Assembly: GCA_902511405.1 (NCBI GenBank)
Contig: CABXEZ010000003.1
Span: 7,251-71,250, forward strand
Source of the DNA: an uncultured Alphaproteobacteria bacterium
GTDB lineage: Bacteria; Pseudomonadota; Alphaproteobacteria; HIMB59; GCA-002718135
Length of the DNA: 64,000 bases
Reading direction: 5' to 3'
Both the position numbers and the translations under genes were made by a program. Shown one piece after another: positions 56,710 to 64,000 of this stretch (positions are counted from its first letter, which is position 1; each line of letters starts with the position of its first letter). A model generated the notes under the pieces. It made no database searches. It saw only the letters and a list, made by a program, of their open reading frames with translations, and had not been told where the DNA came from.

Positions 56710-58245
56710 ATGGGAAATGCATTTACAAAATTAAGTAAGGAAATAAATAAATTTAACGATGTTTTAAACACGATGTCGATTTTGATTTGGGACTCAAGAA
56801 CTAAGATGCCAAAAAAAGGAGCTAATAGTAGAGGTTATCAGGTTGGTACATTAACATCTGTAGCTAGAGATATTCTTCTCTCATCCAAAATGAGAAAACT
56901 TTTAGATGAGTCTCAAAATGAAACACATAATTTAAATGACGATAGTTTTGAAAAAAAAACATTATTACATTTAAATGAAGCAATAAGTTATCATGATAAA
57001 ATCCCTGAAAAACTTCAAGTAAAAAAAGCAGAATTAGAACCTTTGGCTCATAATGCATGGGCTGAAGCAAGAGAAAAAAAAGATTTTAAAATATTTCAAC
57101 CTTATTTGGAAGAGCAAGTAAATATTGCAATAGAACAAGCACATTGTATTGGCTTTAAAGACCATCCTTATGATGCTTTAATGCAAAGATTTGAGCCAGG
57201 TGAGACAGTAAAATCTCTAAAAGTACTTTTTGATGAACTCAAAATAGGTCTTGGGGAAATTGTTAGTCAAACTTCAAAAGCTGAACAGCCAAACAAAGAT
57301 TTTTTATTTAAAGAATATCCTATCGAAAAACAAATAGAGTTTTCTACAAATATAGCAAAAAAATTTGGTTATGATTTTGATAGAGGAAGATTAGATAGTA
57401 CTGTCCATCCTTTTGAAATTTCATTTACAAGAAATGATGTACGGATAACTACAAGATATTATAAAAATTTCATTAACCCTTCTTTATTTGGTACACTTCA
57501 TGAAGCTGGACACGGCATTTATGAACAAAATGTAAAAGAAGAATATACACGTTCAGCAATGACAACTGATTTTCTTAGTTTTTATGCTGTTGGAGGTGTT
57601 AGTTTTGGCGCACATGAGTCACAATCAAGATTATATGAAAATCATATTGGAAGAAGTAAGATATTTTGGGAAAATCATTTTGGTGACTTAGTTGATTGTT
57701 TTCCAGATACGCTTAAGAATGTGTCATCTGAAGACTTCTTTAGAGCTGTAAACGTTATTGAGCCGAGCTTAATTAGAGTAGAGTCAGATGAGTCAACATA
57801 CGATTTTCATGTGATGCTTAGAGTAGATATAGAGAGTATGTTAGTTGATAAAAGTTTAAAAGTCTCAGATCTACCAGTTGTATGGAATGATCAAATAAAG
57901 AAGTATCTTGACTTAAATGTCCCTAATGACAGTGAAGGTGTATTACAAGATATCCACTGGTCAGGAGGTCAATTTGGTACTTTCTGCAATTACACAATTG
58001 GTAATGTTATGGCTGCTCAATTAATTAATACAATGGATAAAAAACAACCAAATATTAGAGAGGATATAAATAAAGCAAATTATTCATCTTTATTGAATTG
58101 GTTGAGAGAAAACATTCATCAACATGGAAGAAGATACTTGAGAAATGAACTTTTGGAAAGATCAACAGGTGAAACTCTTAATGCAAAACCTTACATTGCT
58201 TATTTAAAAGATAAAGCAAGTCAAGTTTATGGAGTAAAATTTTGA
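56710..58245 (+). CDS. M32 carboxypeptidase (Taq-type metallocarboxypeptidase)
   Basis: 511 aa. 'HEAGHGIYE' HExxH, 'HESQSRLYEN', 'IRVESDESTYDFHVMLR' and 'DIHW' are M32 signatures. Confidence 0.88.
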   Translation: MGNAFTKLSKEINKFNDVLNTMSILIWDSRTKMPKKGANSRGYQVGTLTSVARDILLSSKMRKLLDESQNETHNLNDDSFEKKTLLHLNEAISYHDKIPEKLQVKKAELEPLAHNAWAEAREKKDFKIFQPYLEEQVNIAIEQAHCIGFKDHPYDALMQRFEPGETVKSLKVLFDELKIGLGEIVSQTSKAEQPNKDFLFKEYPIEKQIEFSTNIAKKFGYDFDRGRLDSTVHPFEISFTRNDVRITTRYYKNFINPSLFGTLHEAGHGIYEQNVKEEYTRSAMTTDFLSFYAVGGVSFGAHESQSRLYENHIGRSKIFWENHFGDLVDCFPDTLKNVSSEDFFRAVNVIEPSLIRVESDESTYDFHVMLRVDIESMLVDKSLKVSDLPVVWNDQIKKYLDLNVPNDSEGVLQDIHWSGGQFGTFCNYTIGNVMAAQLINTMDKKQPNIREDINKANYSSLLNWLRENIHQHGRRYLRNELLERSTGETLNAKPYIAYLKDKASQVYGVKF

Positions 58246-59408
58246 TGGATATTAAAAAATTTGTTGCTTCTAGAATTAAGGATCACAAGTCTAATATTGT
58301 TACTCAAATGTGGAACATCCAACAAAAACTAGATGATGTAATCGCAATGGGTAGGGGTGATACTGATTTAGATACGCCTAGACATATAATCGATGCTGGC
58401 ATCAATGCCCTTAATAATGGTGCAACCCATTATACCCATCCTATGGGCATGCCTGAGTTACGAAAAGAAATTAGTGAGGATATACTAAGACATGGTGGTG
58501 CAAAATATAGTGATGATGAAATAGTTGTCACTGCGGGTGGACAGGAAGCAATGTTTGCAATTGCCCTAGGTATTTTAAATTCAGGAGATGAAATGATTGC
58601 TGTAGCACCTGGATACAACCCTTATTTTCAAGCAGCAGAGTTAGCTGAAGCTAATCCAGTAATGGTTGAAACCTTCATAGATAATAATTTTGCTATGACA
58701 GCAGAGGCTGTTGAACCGTTAATCACGAACAAAACCAAAATATTGGTTATTATTAACCCATGTAATCCAACTGGAGCAGTTACTCCTTATGAAGAAGTCG
58801 TTAAGTTATCTAAATTGGCAATTAAACATGATCTAGTTGTCATTTCTGATGAAATATATTCCAGACTAACATTTGGTAATCATAGCGCACAACCTGTTGC
58901 GGCCTTACCAGATATGTTTGAAAGAACCATTACCCTTAATGGTTTTTCTAAGGCTTATTGTATGACAGGTTGGAGGGTAGGGTATTTTGCTGGACCTAAA
59001 AATTTAATTACGCATCTTGGTGAAATTCATCATGGATTTGCAATTTGTGCTCCAGCAGTAAGTCAACACGCAGCTTTGGCAGCACTTAAAGGTCCACAAG
59101 ATTGTGTAATTGAAATGAGAAAAATTATGCAAGAAAGGTGTGATATACTTTGTAATGGATTAGATGAAATAAATATTCCTTATTCTGAACCACAAGGTGG
59201 TTATTATGTTTATGCAAACGTATCGAAGACGGGATTAAACGCTACTGATTTTTGTCTTAAGTTATTAGAAGAAGGAAAGGTTATTATTTATCCAGGAGGC
59301 CTATACGGAGATCACTGTGATGACTTTGTAAGATTTTCCTTAACGCAACCTGCTGAAAAAATTAGAGAAGCTGTTTCAAGAATTAAAAAGGTAGCTAGTA
59401 ATATATGA
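58242..59408 (+). CDS. class I/II PLP aminotransferase (paralog of 50169-51329)
   Basis: 388 aa. 'NPCNPTG', 'SKAYCMTGWRVGY' and 'RFSL'. ATGA overlap with the M32 gene. Confidence 0.85.
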   Translation: MMDIKKFVASRIKDHKSNIVTQMWNIQQKLDDVIAMGRGDTDLDTPRHIIDAGINALNNGATHYTHPMGMPELRKEISEDILRHGGAKYSDDEIVVTAGGQEAMFAIALGILNSGDEMIAVAPGYNPYFQAAELAEANPVMVETFIDNNFAMTAEAVEPLITNKTKILVIINPCNPTGAVTPYEEVVKLSKLAIKHDLVVISDEIYSRLTFGNHSAQPVAALPDMFERTITLNGFSKAYCMTGWRVGYFAGPKNLITHLGEIHHGFAICAPAVSQHAALAALKGPQDCVIEMRKIMQERCDILCNGLDEINIPYSEPQGGYYVYANVSKTGLNATDFCLKLLEEGKVIIYPGGLYGDHCDDFVRFSLTQPAEKIREAVSRIKKVASNI

Positions 59409-59887
59409 GTGATGAAATAATTAATGAGGTATCCGAGATTAAACATATGGCTTTTGCAGTTGAAGATATAGATGAGTCCTTAGATTATTATAAAAAATAT
59501 CTAGGAGTTTCAAAAGATGTGCAAATTCAAGATATGCCAAAATCCAGAACTAGAGTAGCAGTATTTAATATAGGCAGTATTGAATACCAACTTTGTCAAT
59601 CTCAGGATCCTGATGGAAGATTTAATAAATGGATTGCTGAAAGAGGTAGAGGTGGGTTACACCATATTTGCTATGTTGTTAAAAACCTAGATGACTCAAT
59701 TAAAGTTATGACTGAAAGTGGCGCAACATTGAGAGAATGCAAGGCCTGCAAAGTGACTGGGCATCATCCTCACCCTGAAGGTTTTATTGCTTTTCTTGAT
59801 AATGAGGTAGATAATTTAGAAATAGAGCTAATGCAGGTATATACTGATGCAGAATTAGAGAAATATAAATCTTACCAAGGAATATAA
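59405..59887 (+). CDS. VOC-fold protein, CxxC/HPHPEG subfamily (paralog of 40679-41170)
   Basis: 160 aa. 'IKHMAFAV', 'GLHHICYVV', 'CKACKVTGHHPHPEGFIAFLDNEV' and 'ELMQVYTDAELEK'. Confidence 0.78.
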   Translation: MSDEIINEVSEIKHMAFAVEDIDESLDYYKKYLGVSKDVQIQDMPKSRTRVAVFNIGSIEYQLCQSQDPDGRFNKWIAERGRGGLHHICYVVKNLDDSIKVMTESGATLRECKACKVTGHHPHPEGFIAFLDNEVDNLEIELMQVYTDAELEKYKSYQGI

Positions 59888-59888
59888 A

Positions 59889-60779
59889 ATAAAAACAATT
59901 TTTTTAACTGGAGCTGGTGGTTTTTTAGGTTCAGAATTAGTTAATGGTTTATCAAAATATAAATACAAAATATATTTTAATGATATTGATTTTTCTTACA
60001 AAATAACAAAATCAAAAAACATTAAAAAATTAAAATTCAATTTATTCAAAAAAGATTTATCCAATCAATTAGATAGGGCTGATATATTTATTCACAACGC
60101 AGCAGTAACCAAATCCTCAAAGTTTAGTGATCCTAATAAGCTTATAGATTTTAATATTCAACTAACAAAAAATGCCCTTAATTTAGCTAAACGGCTTAAT
60201 AGTAAAACATTTTTTTTGATAAGCTCCACATCTATTTATAGAAATTTACAATCCGAAAAATATAATGAGAGGTCGCGAGTTATTGGTGCAGACCCTTACT
60301 CAAAATCGAAAATAATGTCAGAAGGAATTTGTAGGAAGTTCTGCAACAAATATAAGATAAAGTTTTCTGTTTTAAGAATTGGTAATATTTACAATGGGAA
60401 TGAGAAAAAAAAATGGAGTAGAAATAATGTTTCTCTTGTTCAGCAGTGGTTAAATGCTCTAAAAAAGAATATTTTATTAAAAACTAGTTCATTTGAGAAC
60501 GTAAGAGATTGGACTTATGCAAAAGATATTCCTCGAGCAATAAATAGCATAATTAAAAATAATAATAATTTTAAAATTTTAAATTTAGTATCACCATATT
60601 TAATAAAGGATATCAAATTAATGAAGACAATATGTTCTAATGAAAAATTATTAATATCAGATAATAAGGATGTAATTAATAATGCCACTGTTTCAATTTA
60701 TAAAAGAAAATTAAAATTTAATGATTGGACTTCACCTCAAAGAGGTATTAATTTAATTAAAAATAATGAAAAAAATTAG
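59889..60779 (+). CDS. NAD-dependent epimerase/dehydratase (extended SDR); 5' end lacks a canonical start
   Basis: The track starts at TTG 60216. The same frame is open from 59859 and encodes 'IKTIFLTGAGGFLGSELV' (Rossmann GxxGxxG) upstream, plus 'YSKSK' (YxxxK) downstream. Only ATA 59889 or ATT 59898 are available as starts. Confidence 0.6.
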   Translation: MKTIFLTGAGGFLGSELVNGLSKYKYKIYFNDIDFSYKITKSKNIKKLKFNLFKKDLSNQLDRADIFIHNAAVTKSSKFSDPNKLIDFNIQLTKNALNLAKRLNSKTFFLISSTSIYRNLQSEKYNERSRVIGADPYSKSKIMSEGICRKFCNKYKIKFSVLRIGNIYNGNEKKKWSRNNVSLVQQWLNALKKNILLKTSSFENVRDWTYAKDIPRAINSIIKNNNNFKILNLVSPYLIKDIKLMKTICSNEKLLISDNKDVINNATVSIYKRKLKFNDWTSPQRGINLIKNNEKN

Positions 60780-61770
60780 ATTATTGCTAGTTGGTTATGG
60801 TCCAAGAGGTAAAATATGGGCTAAAGCGATAAAAAAAAATTCAAAAACAGAATTGGTAGGTATTTGTGATATTAATAAAGATCTAGAACATAAAAATCCA
60901 AAAAATATAATTTTCTTTCATAAAATAGATAGTGCTTTATCTTATTTAAGACCTGATGCTGTAATATTATCTACCCCACCATTTAATCGCATGCAAGATC
61001 TTAAGGTTTGTGCAAAATTCAAACTTCCTATTTTAGTAGAAAAGCCATTAACTATAAATTTAGAAGAAGCTAAACGTCAAATTTCTTTTATGAATAGACA
61101 TAAACTTCTTTTGTTTGTTGGTTTAAACTTTCGATATCTACCAACAACTTTGGAAAAGATAAAATTATTAAATTCAGGCAAAGTAGGAAAACCAAATTTT
61201 GCAAAATTTGTTTATGAAAGATGGAGAGATGGAAAACTAGCAAGATTAAATAAATACCCTCTTCATATGAAGCATCCAATGTTATGGGAACAATCAATTC
61301 ATCATTTTGACTTAATAAGATTTATTTATAATTCAAATGTTAAAAAAGTATTTGCAACAACATCTAACCCACCTTGGTCAATGTATAAGCATGACACAAA
61401 TGTAAATGCTATATTAGAACTTCAAAATGGTATAATTGTAAATTACATTGGTAATTGGCAAAGCAATTGTAAATCACTAAATTTTGAATGGAGAACGGAT
61501 TGCTCCAAAGGAATAATTGTTCAAAAAAAACAATTTGATGATTTAAACTACAGGACTACTAATCAACTCAAATTAAAAAAAATACAATTAAAAAAATTTA
61601 CTATGTGGCTAGATGATGCTAGCGCTCTACTTTCAGATTTTATAAATTCAACAAATAACAATAAAAATTTTATAAAATTAAACAAAGATCATTTAAATTC
61701 ACTATCTATTGTTGATGCGTGTATAAAGTCATCAAAAACAGGAAAAAAAATTAGTATTAAAAATTACTGA
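60766..61770 (+). CDS. Gfo/Idh/MocA family oxidoreductase
   Basis: 334 aa. 'LLVGYGPRG', 'STPPFNR' and 'ILVEKPL'. Confidence 0.8.
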   Translation: MKKIRLLLVGYGPRGKIWAKAIKKNSKTELVGICDINKDLEHKNPKNIIFFHKIDSALSYLRPDAVILSTPPFNRMQDLKVCAKFKLPILVEKPLTINLEEAKRQISFMNRHKLLLFVGLNFRYLPTTLEKIKLLNSGKVGKPNFAKFVYERWRDGKLARLNKYPLHMKHPMLWEQSIHHFDLIRFIYNSNVKKVFATTSNPPWSMYKHDTNVNAILELQNGIIVNYIGNWQSNCKSLNFEWRTDCSKGIIVQKKQFDDLNYRTTNQLKLKKIQLKKFTMWLDDASALLSDFINSTNNNKNFIKLNKDHLNSLSIVDACIKSSKTGKKISIKNY

Positions 61771-61908
61771 TTTCTATTACTTTTTTTGCATAATGAATCA
61801 CATAAGAATGACTTATAGTCATCACTTAAATGACTAATTTACTATTTTAAAATATTAAAATTTCATTAGTTTCCATACAAGATTTCATATTTTATCGAGG
61901 GAGGTTTT

Positions 61909-63468
61909 ATGAAAAAATTTATTACTGGAGTTGCGATAGTTGTGGGCCTAATTTTGCCTTCATCATTTTCTTTCGCAGCACCTCCAGCTGACACATTTGT
62001 TGTTGGATTACCTACAGACACAAGAGGTCTGGAGCCAGCTCAAATAAGTTCAAGACATACTGCAAATATTATGAAGCATATGTTTGGACAACTTTATTCT
62101 GTTTCAGCAAGTGGCTCAATTGATCCTAACCTAGCTGAAAGTTACAGTATTTCAGAAGATGGAAAAGAATATACTTTTACACTTCAAGAGGGCTTAACAT
62201 GTCATGATGGCGAAGCTTTAACGGCTGAAGATGCAGCTTATTCTTTTAATAGAGTTGCAGATCCAGAAATGGCATTTACTGGAAACTCAGCAGGGTTCGT
62301 TTATAAATCAATTGATTTTATAGAGGCAAGGGCTGATAGTGAGTTAGATGTAACAATTGTATTAGGAGGACCTAATCACATTGCTCTTGGTCTAATCGCA
62401 GAAATATATGTCCACTGTAAAGGTTCATATGAAAATATGACAAAAGAAGAAGCGGCTACTAATCCGGTGGGGTCGGGTCCATATGAATTTGTAAAATGGG
62501 ACAAAGGAAGTCAAATTGTTATGAAAAAAACAGCTAACCCTCCTATTCCAGCAAATTTTGAAAATATCATTTGGAGAGTAATTCCTGAAGCTTCTACAAG
62601 AACAGCTGAACTTATAGCTGGTAATGTTGATATGATTACTAATGCATCTCCTGATCAGGTTGAAGCAATTGATGCTTCAAGCTCTGCTAAGGTTGCAAAA
62701 GTTCAGGGTACTAGAAGAATGTATGTTGGTTATCATCAAGGTCCAGAATTTGCGGTTACTCCTGGAGGAGCGGCAATTCAAAAACCTGAGGTCAGAAGAG
62801 CTTTACAATATGCTGTGGACGTAGAAGCTATTTGTGCGAATCTTCTAAACGCACCATGTACAAGAATGACAGGTATTGTTAATCCTAATAATGCACACCC
62901 AACTCTTGAACCGTATCCTTACGATCCTGAAATTGCTGAATATTTATTAGATCAGGCAGGTTATCCAAGAGATGCTAATGGAGTTAGATTTGAAATGACT
63001 CTTCAAGCTGGTGAAGGCAGATATCTAAATGACAAAAATGTTGTTTTAGCTATATGTCAATATTTGGATGAGGTTGGTGTAAAAACTGAGTGTGATATCT
63101 TAGACTGGTCTTCAGTTTATATTCCTCTAATCGTAGAGAAAAAAGCTGGACCTATGTACTTTATTGGCTCAGGTGGCGCTACTTGGAGTCCATTATATGA
63201 TATGGCTGACTTATCAAAACCTGATTCAGGACCTAACTATACAAAATGGATGAACGAAGAATGGTTCAAAGGTTGGAAAGTTATCAATAACACCAATAAT
63301 GAATACATTATTCGTAGAGAAATAGATAGAATGTTGGAGGTTTTCTATAATGAAGGACCTTGGTTGCATCTATATTTCCAACCTGACTTCTATGGAGTTA
63401 GTAATAGAGTAGATTGGTCTCCTCGAAGAGATGAAAAAGTAGATTTATTTAGCGCTACTCTAAAATAA
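61909..63468 (+). CDS. ABC transporter substrate-binding protein, family 5
   Basis: 519 aa. Signal peptide 'MKKFITGVAIVVGLILPSSFSFA', preceded by GAGGGAGG. More GC-rich than neighbours. Confidence 0.85.
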   Translation: MKKFITGVAIVVGLILPSSFSFAAPPADTFVVGLPTDTRGLEPAQISSRHTANIMKHMFGQLYSVSASGSIDPNLAESYSISEDGKEYTFTLQEGLTCHDGEALTAEDAAYSFNRVADPEMAFTGNSAGFVYKSIDFIEARADSELDVTIVLGGPNHIALGLIAEIYVHCKGSYENMTKEEAATNPVGSGPYEFVKWDKGSQIVMKKTANPPIPANFENIIWRVIPEASTRTAELIAGNVDMITNASPDQVEAIDASSSAKVAKVQGTRRMYVGYHQGPEFAVTPGGAAIQKPEVRRALQYAVDVEAICANLLNAPCTRMTGIVNPNNAHPTLEPYPYDPEIAEYLLDQAGYPRDANGVRFEMTLQAGEGRYLNDKNVVLAICQYLDEVGVKTECDILDWSSVYIPLIVEKKAGPMYFIGSGGATWSPLYDMADLSKPDSGPNYTKWMNEEWFKGWKVINNTNNEYIIRREIDRMLEVFYNEGPWLHLYFQPDFYGVSNRVDWSPRRDEKVDLFSATLK

Positions 63469-63481
63469 ATTTATTTGATAT

Positions 63482-63506
63482 GTTGGCTCCATTAATTGGG
63501 GCCAAC
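63482..63506 (+). terminator. intercistronic stem-loop after the binding-protein gene (9-bp stem with one G-U; no T tract)
   Basis: GTTGGCTCC (63482-63490), loop ATTAATT, GGGGCCAAC (63498-63506). Confidence 0.45.
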
Positions 63507-63532
63507 AAAAATTTCATCATTAATTTAAATAA

Positions 63533-64000
63533 ATGTTTTTATATATACTTCGTAGATTGCCACAAACAATTTTAGTTATCTTTGGGGTAACATTAGTAAC
63601 ATTCATTGCTTTACAAATAGGTGGAGATCCAACTTATCTATTTATAAGTGACAGAGCTTCTCCAGAAGAGATTGAAGCGACAAGAATAAAACTTGGATTT
63701 GATAAGCCGCTTTATATTCAATACTTTAATTACGTTATAAAACTTCTTCAGCTAGATTTTGGAAATTCATTATACTTTGGTCAATCTGCGATGACAATAA
63801 TTCTTGAAACATTACCGGCAACTCTTGAACTTACCATTTTTTCTATGTTTATTGCAATTTTTGGCTCTATCCCATTTGGAATTTTTGCTGCAGTATACAG
63901 AGGCACATGGATTGATGGAACATTAATGGCTATCGCAATGTTAGGTCAATCAATTCCAAGTTTTTGGTTAGGCATAATGTGCATTCTGTACATATCTTTA
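63533..64000 (+). CDS. ABC transporter permease (DppB/OppB-like), 5' part; runs off the window
   Basis: ATG 63533. 'MFLYILRRLPQTILVIFGVTLVTFIALQ...LGFDKPLYIQYFNY...DFGNSLYF' is the typical DppB N-terminus. Absent from the ORF track because there is no stop inside the window. Confidence 0.8.
   Translation, partial: MFLYILRRLPQTILVIFGVTLVTFIALQIGGDPTYLFISDRASPEEIEATRIKLGFDKPLYIQYFNYVIKLLQLDFGNSLYFGQSAMTIILETLPATLELTIFSMFIAIFGSIPFGIFAAVYRGTWIDGTLMAIAMLGQSIPSFWLGIMCILYISL

Noticed and set aside
1-64000. Search for rRNA, tRNA, CRISPR arrays, transposases, integrases, prophage or toxin-antitoxin genes
   Set aside because: All intergenic gaps are 175 nt or shorter and AT-rich, without tRNA-like GC-rich cloverleaf segments. 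No ORF shows DDE, tyrosine- or serine-recombinase, capsid or terminase motifs.

Overview
The window is AT-rich (roughly 30% GC by eye, not computed) and very gene-dense. About 65 protein genes are separated mostly by 0-40 nt, with many ATGA/TAATG start-stop overlaps and convergent genes that share stop-codon bases. No rRNA, tRNA, CRISPR array, transposase, integrase or phage gene is visible. The style, plus the Lys/Asn/Ile-rich proteins and multiple ABC binding proteins, fits a streamlined marine alphaproteobacterium of the SAR11/Pelagibacterales type. That assignment is inference.

Blocks in order:
- 1-16.1 kb: sugar-acid / 6-deoxy-sugar catabolic island around a CUT2 sugar ABC transporter. 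It carries UxuA, a UxuB-like gene, an L-fuconate-dehydratase-like enolase, a lactonase, an aldo-keto reductase (AKR), a mutarotase, KdgK and Eda, and has no regulator gene.
- 16.1-21.8 kb: housekeeping and redox genes (agmatinase-family, Bcp, NUDIX, MsrA, DsbA/FrnE-like, a 74-aa GcrA C-terminal-domain-only protein, Cfa-like methyltransferase).
- 21.8-25.3 kb: orphan MotA/ExbB-like plus MotB/OmpA-like pair with a ~450-aa coiled coil, followed by a pentapeptide-repeat lipoprotein.
- 26.3-33.2 kb: near-complete heme cluster (ALA synthase, apparent HemC-HemD fusion, HemE, HemH, HemF, HemG).
- 34.4-39.7 kb: Dpp/Opp-type ABC transporter.
- 39.7-64 kb: LysR-headed accessory island of amidohydrolases, deacylases, peptidases, aminotransferases and an unusual VOC (glyoxalase-fold) subfamily. 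It also holds two tandem paralogous unknown-function genes (DUF4438-like), a 476-aa orphan, two orphan ABC ATPases and a second family-5 transporter.

The best candidates for undescribed biology are the stator-like pair and the DUF4438-like/orphan-containing nitrogen-compound island with its shared dyad motifs.
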